Shown: piece by piece, positions 8,943 to 17,176 of the stretch | How the letters are laid out: the number at the start of each line of letters is the position of its first letter | Numbering within the stretch: the first letter of the stretch is position 1 | NCBI GenBank assembly: GCA_038153405.1 | Contig: JAYOYH010000072.1 | Span: 1 to 18,587 of the forward strand | Direction: 5' to 3' | From: Gemmatimonadota bacterium | GTDB lineage: Bacteria; Latescibacterota; UBA2968; UBA8231 | DNA length: 18,587 nucleotides | Made by a program: the position numbers and the translations under genes | The notes under the pieces: generated by a model | What the model saw: the letters and a program-made list of their open reading frames with translations, nothing else | What the model was told of the DNA's origin: nothing | Database searches by the model: none

Positions 8943-9830
8943 ATGTCGTCGGTGCCGCGCAGTTGGAAGCTGCTGGATATACTCGAAGAGACGAGTCGTT
9001 TCTTTGCCGATAGGCAGATTCCCGATGCGCGTTTACAAGCCGAGTTATTGCTGGCCGCCGTGCTCGATTTGAAGCGCCTCGACCTCTACCTGCAGTTCGA
9101 CCGCCTCTTGAACGCGGACGAGGTCGATCGCTACCGCGATTGCGTTCGCCAGCGCCAACGCCGCGTGCCTGTTCAGTATATTGTCGGCACGGCCGCCTTT
9201 CGCCATCTCGAACTGTCGGTAACGCCGGCTGTGCTCATTCCCCGTCCCGAAACAGAAGTGCTGGTCGACGTGGCGTTAGAGCGCCTGGCCAACCTGGCTG
9301 CACCGCGCTGTTTGGACTTGTGCTGCGGTTCGGGTGCCATTGCCCTCTCGCTGGCCGTTGAAAACGAACGGGCCCAGGTCGCCGCGGCCGATATTTCGCA
9401 GGAGGCACTGCACGTTGCCAAGGGAAATGCCGAGCGCAGCGGCGTTGGCCAACGCGTCGAATGGCTGTGTGGCGATCTATTTGCACCACTAGGCGATCGT
9501 CTATTTGATCTGATCGCCTGCAATCCGCCCTATGTGCGCCACGGCGATATTGCCACGTTACAGCCGGAAGTGTGCCAGCACGAGCCGCACCTAGCGCTGG
9601 ACGGCGGCGGCGATGGGCTGGATTTCTATCGGCGAATTTGCCGCGAAGCCGCGCGCTTTTTGGCGCCGTCCGCATACCTCGTTATGGAGGTGGGGGATGG
9701 GCAGGCCGGCGATGTCGTTGCCATGCTCGAGGAGACGGCCCATTACGAGACGGTTGATGTAGTCGCCGATCTCAACCATATTCCCCGCGTAGTCGCTGCG
9801 CGACGGTGTGCGGAGATCGCCCATGGCTAA
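8943..9830 (+). CDS. prmC: Release factor glutamine N5-methyltransferase (HemK/PrmC)
   Basis: VLIPRPETE, DLCCGSGAIA SAM-binding motif, NPPY, EPHLALDGG.DGLDFY. Directly follows prfA. Confidence 0.96.
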   Translation: MSSVPRSWKLLDILEETSRFFADRQIPDARLQAELLLAAVLDLKRLDLYLQFDRLLNADEVDRYRDCVRQRQRRVPVQYIVGTAAFRHLELSVTPAVLIPRPETEVLVDVALERLANLAAPRCLDLCCGSGAIALSLAVENERAQVAAADISQEALHVAKGNAERSGVGQRVEWLCGDLFAPLGDRLFDLIACNPPYVRHGDIATLQPEVCQHEPHLALDGGGDGLDFYRRICREAARFLAPSAYLVMEVGDGQAGDVVAMLEETAHYETVDVVADLNHIPRVVAARRCAEIAHG

Positions 9831-11193
9831 GAAAAAACGCTCGACCTACGTCTGTCAGTCCTGCGGTCACAGCGCAGTGCGCTGGTTTGGGCGCTGCCCC
9901 GCCTGCGGCGAGTGGAATAGCTGTGTCGAAGAAGCGCCCGTCCAAGAGGATCATCGGCGCGACCACGTCGCGGCGGCCGTGCGCGCCGAACTGCAGCCCA
10001 TAACGCAAGTGCAGAGCCAGGACCATCAGCGCTTGCGCGTGGGCATTGCCGAATTCGACCGCGTACTAGGCGGCGGCATTATGCCGGGTTCGGTCGTATT
10101 GGTCGGCGGTGATCCGGGCATTGGCAAATCGACGCTGTTGCTGCAAATGGCCGGTCAGCTGTCGATAGCCGGTCTCGACATTGCCTATATTTCCGCAGAG
10201 GAGTCAGCGGCGCAGATCCGTCAGCGCGCCGACCGCTTGGGTGCGCTGTGCGACGAGCTCAAAGTGTTGGCCGAGACCAATCTCTCGTCCATACTGGACC
10301 AGCTCAAGCGCGCCAACCCGATGGCCGTCGTCATCGATTCGATCCAGACCATCTACATGCCCGAATTGGAAAGTGCTCCAGGCAGCGTTACGCAGGTGCG
10401 CGAGTGCGCTGCGCGCCTAGTGTATTTGGCCAAGGAGACGGGTATACCGGTCTTTCTCGTCGGACACGTGACCAAAGAAGGTACGGTGGCCGGTCCGCGC
10501 GTGTTGGAGCACCTGGTCGACACCGTGCTCTATTTGGAAGGCGAGCGCCATCACCACTTCCGCATTTTGCGCGCGGCCAAGAACCGCTTTGGCTCGACCA
10601 ACGAAATAGGCATCTTCGAAATGCGCGATCGCGGATTGAGCGAGGTGGCCAATCCGTCGGAGATTCTGCTGGCCGAACGCGCCGAAGGCGTATCGGGTTC
10701 TTCCATCGTGTGCAGCGTGGAAGGCACGCGTCCGCTGATGGTCGAAATTCAGGCACTGGTGAGTAGGTCCAGCTTTGGTTACCCGCAGCGCGTGGCTACC
10801 GGCATCGACAGCAAGCGCCTGTCGATTATTATCGCCGTGTTGGAAAAGCGCTGTGGCCACGATCTGTCGGGCCAAGATATTTTCGTCAACGTCGTTGGCG
10901 GCCTGCGCCTCGACGAGCCGGCGGTAGACATGGCCGTGGGCTTGGCCATCGTCTCCAGTTTTCGCAACGTGCCGATTGAAGCCAAGACGGTCGCACTCGG
11001 GGAGATTGGCTTAGGGGGCGAAATTCGCCCGGTAAACCAAATTGAGCGGCGGGTGGCCGAGGCGCGCAGCCTAGGCTTTGTGCGCTGTTTGGTGGCGCGC
11101 AGCAACCTGAAAGGCTGGAAGCGCCCAGAAGGCATGGAAGTGATCGGCGTCGGTGGGCTGGAAGCGGCGGAAGAATTGGCACTTACCTCCTAG
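9823..11193 (+). CDS. radA: DNA repair protein RadA/Sms
   Basis: ATG 9823 overlaps the prmC stop by 8 bp. C4 zinc finger (CQSC...CPAC), GDPGIGKST Walker A, KNRFG signature, C-terminal Lon-like domain (GEIGLGGEIR). Confidence 0.97.
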   Translation: MAKKKRSTYVCQSCGHSAVRWFGRCPACGEWNSCVEEAPVQEDHRRDHVAAAVRAELQPITQVQSQDHQRLRVGIAEFDRVLGGGIMPGSVVLVGGDPGIGKSTLLLQMAGQLSIAGLDIAYISAEESAAQIRQRADRLGALCDELKVLAETNLSSILDQLKRANPMAVVIDSIQTIYMPELESAPGSVTQVRECAARLVYLAKETGIPVFLVGHVTKEGTVAGPRVLEHLVDTVLYLEGERHHHFRILRAAKNRFGSTNEIGIFEMRDRGLSEVANPSEILLAERAEGVSGSSIVCSVEGTRPLMVEIQALVSRSSFGYPQRVATGIDSKRLSIIIAVLEKRCGHDLSGQDIFVNVVGGLRLDEPAVDMAVGLAIVSSFRNVPIEAKTVALGEIGLGGEIRPVNQIERRVAEARSLGFVRCLVARSNLKGWKRPEGMEVIGVGGLEAAEELALTS

Positions 11194-11222
11194 TGCGGCC
11201 CGTCTCTTTTCTTCGGTGGATG

Positions 11223-11353
11223 TGTAAAATCTGCTACAGAAACGTGTCATCCCGTGCGCAGCGCGCGCGTAGAGGGGTATCCTAAATAAAAATATTAATT
11301 ATTGTTTATAAACAACTTGCGATTTATTCGAGCACGTTGGCACGCCCTTTGTA
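11223..11353 (+). promoter_or_regulatory. Putative sigma54 promoter module (UAS, IHF site, -24/-12) upstream of recA
   Basis: TGGCACG-CCCT-TTGTA (11338-11353) versus consensus TGGCACG-N4-TTGCW. TATAAACAACTTG (11307-11319) has one mismatch to IHF WATCAA-N4-TTR and an upstream A/T tract. TGT-N10-ACA dyad at 11223-11238. Confidence 0.55.
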
Positions 11354-11395
11354 TATCCGGTTGGGCAGCTTAATCAAATTTAATTAAAAAAGAAC

Positions 11396-11424
11396 TTGAT
11401 TCCTGCACAAAGATATACTATTAT
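11396..11424 (+). promoter_or_regulatory. sigma70-like promoter upstream of recA
   Basis: TTGATT(11396-11401)-N17-TATTAT(11419-11424), preceded by the A/T-rich tract TTTAATTAAAAAAG. Confidence 0.6.
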
Positions 11425-11495
11425 TATGTTCAGTTATCAGATGTGCAGTTGAGCGAGCTTTCTCCAACTCACTCCCTCTCTATAGGAGAACGATC

Positions 11496-12596
11496 ATGGT
11501 GGCGGGCAAAAACAAACTAACGAACGGCAGCAAGGTCGAAGGCGGTGACCGAGACAAGGCCATCAAACTCGCCTTAGACCAGATAGAGCGCCAGTTTGGC
11601 AAGGGCTCGATTATGCGTCTCGGCGAGTCGGCATCCATGGACGTCGACGTCATTCCCACCGGGGCGATTTCCCTGGACGTTGCGCTGGGCGTTGGCGGCA
11701 TTCCGCGCGGTCGCGTCGTCGAACTCTTCGGTCCTGAATCGGCCGGAAAGACCATGTTAGCGCTCCATATCGTGTCCGAAGCACAGCGCATGGGAGGCGT
11801 AGCGGCCTTTATCGACGCCGAGCATGCCCTCGACGTGGGGTTTGCGCGCAAGCTCGGCGTCGACGTGGATAACCTGCTGGTGTCACAGCCCGATTCCGGC
11901 GAAGAAGCCCTCGAGATAACGGATACGCTGGTGCGCAGCGGAGCCACCGATATAATCGTCGTCGACTCCGTAGCTGCGCTCGTTCCCAAGGCCGAGTTAG
12001 AGGGAGATATGGGCGACTCGCACGTGGGGCTGCACGCGCGCCTGATGTCACAGGCGCTGCGCAAGCTCACGGGCTCTGCGCAAAAATCGGGCACGACCGT
12101 GCTTTTTATAAACCAGCTGCGCATGAAAATCGGCGTTATGTTCGGCAGCCCGGAGACGACCACGGGTGGTCGCGCGCTGTGCTTCTACTCGTCCGTGCGG
12201 CTCGATATCCGCGGCATTGGCGCCATCAAAGACGGCGACGAAGTCATTGGTCGGCGCACGCGCATCAAAGTGGTTAAAAACAAGGTGGCGCCGCCCTTTA
12301 GAGAAGCCGAGTTCGACATCATGTTTCGCGGCGACGATGTTGGTATTTCCCGAGAGGGCGATCTGCTCGACCTCGGCGTTAATAGCGGTATTGTCGACAA
12401 GAGTGGGACCTGGTTCTCTTACGGAGATATTCGACTGGGGCAAGGCCGGGAAAACGCGCGCATTTTTCTGCGCGACAATAGCGAAGTGTCGGAGCGCATC
12501 GAGGCACAGGTGCGGCAGGCGCTCAGTATGAAAACAAATGCTGCAAAAGATCAACAGTGCCAAGAAAGCGAAAGCCCAGAGCCGATAGAAGCATAG
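11496..12596 (+). CDS. recA: Recombinase RecA (somewhat divergent)
   Basis: 366 aa. [60 protein letters not shown]. Confidence 0.97.
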   Translation: MVAGKNKLTNGSKVEGGDRDKAIKLALDQIERQFGKGSIMRLGESASMDVDVIPTGAISLDVALGVGGIPRGRVVELFGPESAGKTMLALHIVSEAQRMGGVAAFIDAEHALDVGFARKLGVDVDNLLVSQPDSGEEALEITDTLVRSGATDIIVVDSVAALVPKAELEGDMGDSHVGLHARLMSQALRKLTGSAQKSGTTVLFINQLRMKIGVMFGSPETTTGGRALCFYSSVRLDIRGIGAIKDGDEVIGRRTRIKVVKNKVAPPFREAEFDIMFRGDDVGISREGDLLDLGVNSGIVDKSGTWFSYGDIRLGQGRENARIFLRDNSEVSERIEAQVRQALSMKTNAAKDQQCQESESPEPIEA

Positions 12597-12730
12597 CTAT
12601 TCACCGTGGACCCGGGTCGACGGTCGGCGATTGAGTACCCCACATCTCTTTCTGCTGCGCCGCCCCGGGTCCGCTCCTCCCCGACCCTGCGACAGATGTT
12701 GCAACATACAGGGGTCGAAAGCAGGTGTAT

Positions 12731-13069
12731 ATGTATGCAGTAGAGGGTAATCCATTTAGGTTGTGCCAGGGTCATATCGATCAGGCGCAAACGTGGCGCG
12801 AATTGGAAGACGTATGTAGCACGTTAGACCGCGCCTTTTTAACCGGGCGCATAACGCTGTCGTCGCTAGAGACGCTCTGCGCATCTCTCGTGCAAAAGTC
12901 GCGCACTATTTCTACGTGCAGCACCCTATCAGCAGCGGACTTGGTTGAGCAAATTGGTCAGTGCGACTGCTGTGGATCGAGCGCTCTGCGCGACAATGGT
13001 GGTCAGGTCGTATGCTCTGTATGCCATCCCGATCCACACCGCACGGCACAGCGCCGCCGAGCTGCCTAG
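12731..13069 (+). CDS. Small hypothetical protein with C-terminal zinc ribbon (CDCC...CSVCHP)
   Basis: 112-114 aa ORF (ATG 12731 or GTG 12725) filling the gap after recA. Helical-looking N-terminal part and a CxxC-x13-CxxC knuckle pair. Confidence 0.7.
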   Translation: MYAVEGNPFRLCQGHIDQAQTWRELEDVCSTLDRAFLTGRITLSSLETLCASLVQKSRTISTCSTLSAADLVEQIGQCDCCGSSALRDNGGQVVCSVCHPDPHRTAQRRRAA

Positions 13070-13205
13070 CGGGTATTCTTCTCCCATACGCCCCACATCG
13101 TGACAGGCGCGTGCTGGTCGCAAAACAATCAGCACGCGCCCCCCGAATCGATACGACACGTCCCAACGGTATGTCTTATATTGTAGGCATAGCCCGTGAG
13201 GTCGT

Positions 13206-13544
13206 ATGGATCCCCATTGGAAAATCAAGAAGAACGAGTGGGATGCCGAAAGCGTCCCAGCGCTAGCTTTCTTCGAAGCTGTGCGCATTCGCTTTTTGAG
13301 CGAAGAGCTCCTCCAGTGCTTTCCCATCCTATTGGAATACCACGTGCACGCAGATATTCGCCAGCGCCTGTCGACGAGCGGTTTGCGCTCGCAGCGCAGC
13401 GAATTCCATATTCGTGCCATGTGTAACTACCTTGAGGAATCAACGGCGGGAATCTTTGTCATTGAACGGCATATGCCGCCTGATATGGCGGAAGATCGCG
13501 CGATTCTGCTGCGCGCTTTTGATGCGCTCTCGGCCGCTGGCTAA
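13206..13544 (+). CDS. Hypothetical protein
   Basis: 112 aa ORF with SD-like GAGGT at 13198-13202, co-oriented with its neighbours, globular-protein-like composition. No motif recognised. Confidence 0.65.
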   Translation: MDPHWKIKKNEWDAESVPALAFFEAVRIRFLSEELLQCFPILLEYHVHADIRQRLSTSGLRSQRSEFHIRAMCNYLEESTAGIFVIERHMPPDMAEDRAILLRAFDALSAAG

Positions 13545-13576
13545 AAGGCTTGAGGCGCTGTATTATAAGTTATCCT

Positions 13577-14116
13577 ATGCATACTGACTGGAGCACTAAA
13601 GTACTCATAGAGCGCGATGCGATTGAAGCGCGCACCGCCGAACTGGCGCGCCAACTGGCGTCCCACTATGTCGGTTCACAGCCCCTTTTCGTCGGGGTGC
13701 TCAACGCAGCGGCGCAGTTTCTGATGGCCTTGGTGCGTCATTGGCCGGCTCCGACACAGCATGCCGTAGACTACGACTTTGTCGATGTGAGCAGCTACGA
13801 CGGTATGCAAAGCAGCGGACAGGTCCGTCTCGTGAAAGATGTAGAGCTCAGTTTGGAAGGGCGCCATGTCATACTGGTCGAGGGAATCGTCGATACTGGA
13901 CGAACGCTGCGCTACTTGCTGGATCACTTTGCGGCACGCAATCCAGCATCGCTGGCGGTATGTGCGCTACTCGACAAGCGAAAAAACCGGCTTTTTGATG
14001 TGCCAGTAGACTACTGTGGTTTTGAAATTGACGATCAATTTGTCGTCGGTTTTGGTCTGGATTTCAACCAATCGCATCGCGCACTCGATCACATTGCCGT
14101 CTTAGAAAGTGGGTAA
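13577..14116 (+). CDS. hpt: Hypoxanthine phosphoribosyltransferase-like protein (atypical PRPP motif)
   Basis: VSSYDG.QSSG loop, VILVEGIVDTGRTL, LLDK and DYCGFEIDDQFVVGFGLD give an HPRT-family pattern. Start taken at ATG 13577. Confidence 0.85.
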   Translation: MHTDWSTKVLIERDAIEARTAELARQLASHYVGSQPLFVGVLNAAAQFLMALVRHWPAPTQHAVDYDFVDVSSYDGMQSSGQVRLVKDVELSLEGRHVILVEGIVDTGRTLRYLLDHFAARNPASLAVCALLDKRKNRLFDVPVDYCGFEIDDQFVVGFGLDFNQSHRALDHIAVLESG

Positions 14117-14126
14117 AGGAATCCAC

Positions 14127-14945
14127 ATGTGTGCCAAAAAGGTTATAGTTACGGGCGTTTATGGGTTAATTGCCGGAGCTGTTTTTCGCCACCTGCATCA
14201 GCGGGGCGATGCCTACGACGTATACGGTTTAGCGCGCCGTCGCCACCCCTCCGAGCGCGCACCAGAAGGCGTGGGCGAAATACCGGAAGACCGTTTTTTT
14301 CTCGCCGACCTCACTGACCTTAGCGCCCTCGAACGCGCTATGGAGGGTGTGGATACGGTCGTGCAGATGGCTGCCGATCCGCGCCCTGACGCTAGCTGGG
14401 AGAGCGTTCTGGCCAGCAACATCGTCGGCGTGCGCAACGTCTTTGAGGCGGCGCACCGCTGTGGGGTCGGCCGCGTGGTGTTGGCCAGTTCGATCATGGT
14501 ATCTTGGGGATATCAACAGGACGAACCCTATAAGGCAATTGCCGAGGGCCGGTTTGACGATGTTTCCCTCGATGGGCTGGCCGCCGTAACGCACGAATGG
14601 CCCTGTCGTCCTACGGGACTGTATCCGGCCAGCAAGGTGTGGAGCGAGGCACTTGCACGCTACTATGCCGATGTGCATAATGTGTCGGTGCTATGCTTGC
14701 GCATCGGTTGGGTCAATGCTGAAGACCACCCGCACAGCGAGCGTGGAGGGGCGGTTTGGTGCAGCCAGCGCGATATCGTGCAGCTGATACAGCGGGCGAT
14801 CGACGCGCCGGAAGATTTGCGCTTCGACATATGTTATGGCGTATCAAATAACCGATGGCGCTGGGTGGATATCGAGCATACGCGCGAGATCTTGGGCTAT
14901 ATACCGCAGGATAGTGCAGAACAAAGACTGGGGCTGACCGGATAG
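14127..14945 (+). CDS. NAD(P)-dependent oxidoreductase, extended SDR (uronate dehydrogenase-like / epimerase-dehydratase family)
   Basis: VIVTGVYGLIA Rossmann motif, ASS, YPASK (YxxxK), LRIG, W.S.RD, YGVSNN, LGY.PQD. SD AAAGGA before ATG 14127. Confidence 0.85.
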   Translation: MCAKKVIVTGVYGLIAGAVFRHLHQRGDAYDVYGLARRRHPSERAPEGVGEIPEDRFFLADLTDLSALERAMEGVDTVVQMAADPRPDASWESVLASNIVGVRNVFEAAHRCGVGRVVLASSIMVSWGYQQDEPYKAIAEGRFDDVSLDGLAAVTHEWPCRPTGLYPASKVWSEALARYYADVHNVSVLCLRIGWVNAEDHPHSERGGAVWCSQRDIVQLIQRAIDAPEDLRFDICYGVSNNRWRWVDIEHTREILGYIPQDSAEQRLGLTG

Positions 14946-14966
14946 TTATGAGAGTGCGTAGAGTGC

Positions 14967-15536
14967 ATGGCGGATAGCAAGGACAATCGGCGCGATGGGA
15001 TATCGATTAAGCTTTTTTTTGCCGTACTCGGTGCCATTGTCGCCTACCAATTAAACGGTTGGATGAGCGGCGAGCCCGATTGGCGCACCCACCGCGATGA
15101 CAAGGGTGGGTTTGTCGTCGATGTGGCAGGCAGCGTAGACCAGCGCGCGCTGCGCGAGCGCTTGGCCTTTGGCGAAGTCGAGTTCCAATTTCTCATGTTT
15201 GCTCGTGGAGATGTGCAGTATGCTGTCGCCTTTGGCGACGTGCCGAGTGCGGTCAGCGCTGACAGTGCGCTAACAGCTGCCGCCACGGCCCTCGCCGAAA
15301 AAGTGCAGGGCACCCTACTCTTGCAGCGTGCCGATACGTCGGTATCGTTCGCGGCTCAGCGCGTCCATATACGCGCTGCCGATGAGAGCGAGTTGCAGAT
15401 GCTTTGTCTATGGCACGAGGGTCGACTATACCGCCTGATGGCCGGCGGCGAAACCGATGTCGAGCGAAACCGCGCAGATGTCGAACGCTTTTTTACTTCA
15501 TTTCGCCCCGTTTCTTCGGTGCGAGAGCAACCCTAG
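14967..15536 (+). CDS. Hypothetical protein with a single N-terminal transmembrane anchor and a soluble alpha/beta domain
   Basis: 189 aa. Hydrophobic ISIKLFFAVLGAIVAY segment, then W....D.GGF.V...G and a terminal 'RLYRL....ERFFTSFR' pattern reminiscent of PsbP/Mog1p-like periplasmic proteins (fold is a guess). Confidence 0.7.
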   Translation: MADSKDNRRDGISIKLFFAVLGAIVAYQLNGWMSGEPDWRTHRDDKGGFVVDVAGSVDQRALRERLAFGEVEFQFLMFARGDVQYAVAFGDVPSAVSADSALTAAATALAEKVQGTLLLQRADTSVSFAAQRVHIRAADESELQMLCLWHEGRLYRLMAGGETDVERNRADVERFFTSFRPVSSVREQP

Positions 15537-15569
15537 GGTTTCTGCGTTTGCCAATGGAGGGGATCGAGT

Positions 15570-16502
15570 ATGGATAAGTCAAAGGCGCTCATTCAGTCGC
15601 TAAAGAAAATACCGATCTTAAAGGGTATGTCTCCCACCCAAGTGCAAAAGGTATTCGGGATTTGTGAGGCAAAAAGCTTTGCTGTGGGACAGACGCTGTG
15701 CGTGAAGGATGCCGACAGCGATTCTACGTTCGTGCTGATTGCCGGAGAACTAGGCATCATGAGCGAAAATGGATCGGTTCTTGCTGCTCTTAGTCCCATT
15801 ACTACGGTCGGTGAGATGGGCATGTTTACGCGCCTTAAGCGAACGGCCACAGTAAAGGCCATTCAGCCGAGTCGCGTCCTCGTGATCGGTCGCACGCCGT
15901 TTGAAATGCTGTTGCGCAACGATCAAGATATGCGACTGCGCGTATATCAAAACGTCATAGAGATTCTCGCCGATAAGATCGTTGGTGATAATATCCGCAC
16001 ACGCGATTTTATGGTCGGTCGGGTAACGGGGGAGAAGGAAGTCCGCTCGCTGCGAAGAATGCTCAATCTGGCCGTGGCGTCACTGGCTGAGAAAGATGGA
16101 CGCAGTTCCGAGGACGTGTTTGACGAACTGAATAATAGAGCAGACGAAGAGCCCATGCACATTCTCGTCGTGGACGACGAAGAAGGTATCCGAAACTTGC
16201 TAACCCATGCGTTAAGCGCGTATCGCGTCAACAGTGTGAGCGATGGAAAAGAGGCGTTGGACAGCATCCGCACCGAGCGTCCAGATCTCATTGTTACCGA
16301 TATAAAAATGCCCAATATAGATGGATTGAGCCTTGCCAATCAGCTGCTCAAAGATTATCCGCACATACCGATTATCGCCCTATCGGGTCATATCGAGGAA
16401 GAAGATGTCAGGGGGCATAACTTTGTTGGCTTTATGGAAAAGCCCATGCGCATAGAAGAATTATTAGAAATGGTCGAGGTGGCGCTGCAAAGCGAGGCGT
16501 AG
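15570..16502 (+). CDS. Cyclic-nucleotide-binding domain fused to a C-terminal receiver (REC) domain
   Basis: N-terminal cNMP fold (IP.LKG.S..Q; VGEMGMF...RTATVKA). C-terminal ILVVDDE...DLIVTDIKMPNIDG...IIALSG...KP. SD GGAGG. Confidence 0.88.
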   Translation: MDKSKALIQSLKKIPILKGMSPTQVQKVFGICEAKSFAVGQTLCVKDADSDSTFVLIAGELGIMSENGSVLAALSPITTVGEMGMFTRLKRTATVKAIQPSRVLVIGRTPFEMLLRNDQDMRLRVYQNVIEILADKIVGDNIRTRDFMVGRVTGEKEVRSLRRMLNLAVASLAEKDGRSSEDVFDELNNRADEEPMHILVVDDEEGIRNLLTHALSAYRVNSVSDGKEALDSIRTERPDLIVTDIKMPNIDGLSLANQLLKDYPHIPIIALSGHIEEEDVRGHNFVGFMEKPMRIEELLEMVEVALQSEA

Positions 16503-16566
16503 CGCTTTAACGCGCGCGGTATTACGTCTACCCCAATGCGGTGATCCTGCCTGAACATACGCCCGC

Positions 16567-16600
16567 GCGTGACGCCCGGTTCTGTGGACGGGCGTCACGC
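16567..16600. terminator. Perfect 12-bp hairpin between convergent genes
   Basis: GCGTGACGCCCG-N10-CGGGCGTCACGC, 4 nt past the SEC-C gene stop. No U-tract, so it may act as a terminator or an mRNA 3' stabiliser. Confidence 0.55.
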
Positions 16601-16604
16601 TAGT

Positions 16605-17057
16605 CTACCCCAATAACTCGATACAGCATTTTTTGAACTTCTTTCCGCTGCCGCAGGGACACGGGTCGTTGCGGCCAACCTTAGCCAGCGCATGGCGCAC
16701 GGTTTGGCCCTTGACGCTGCCGTCATCGCGCAGGCGCTCGGCGTAGAGCGCGCCTGCCTCCGGCACAAGAGCAGCCCATTCATCAGCGCCGGGTAACTTG
16801 CCGGCTGAGTTTGCGTATTCGAAGTAGGCTTCTATGAGTTGAGGAGCGTCGCGGCGCACAGCGTCGGGCAGATCGAGTGGCGCAACGTGCAGCAGGAGGG
16901 TATTTGCAATGCCGTCAACCGAAAAACCGCCCGCTGGGGCAGCGCTAAAAAAGCATTCCAGCACTGCCTCGGCGTGCTGTTTTAAGTGCGACGGTAGAAA
17001 GGTGAAATACTCGGAAGAGGCGTAGTCGCCAATGTGCGAACTCAGGTCGTTGGGCAT
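16605..17057 (-). CDS. SEC-C metal-binding motif-containing protein
   Basis: 150 aa ending in [20 protein letters not shown]. Too short to be SecA. The N-terminal helical domain is unassigned. Confidence 0.88.
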   Translation of the reverse strand: MPNDLSSHIGDYASSEYFTFLPSHLKQHAEAVLECFFSAAPAGGFSVDGIANTLLLHVAPLDLPDAVRRDAPQLIEAYFEYANSAGKLPGADEWAALVPEAGALYAERLRDDGSVKGQTVRHALAKVGRNDPCPCGSGKKFKKCCIELLG

Positions 17058-17119
17058 GTCATTCGGCTGTTGATGAGTGCGTGTAAAGCGAGCGGTAGAC
17101 GATGTGCTACTGTGACAAA

Positions 17120-17157
17120 CAAAGCCCCCGCTGACCGAGAGGTCAACGGGGGCTTTG
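17120..17157 (-). terminator. Rho-independent terminator after the HU-like gene
   Basis: CAAAGCCCCCGCTGACC-GAGA-GGTCAACGGGGGCTTTG stem, ending in TTTGTTTGT on the minus strand. Confidence 0.8.
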
Positions 17158-17176
17158 CAATGCGGTAGGGCCTGAC

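Noticed and set aside
11392..11431. GAAC...GTTC as a Gram-positive-type LexA box at the recA promoter
   Set aside because: The half-sites are 32 nt apart rather than 4.
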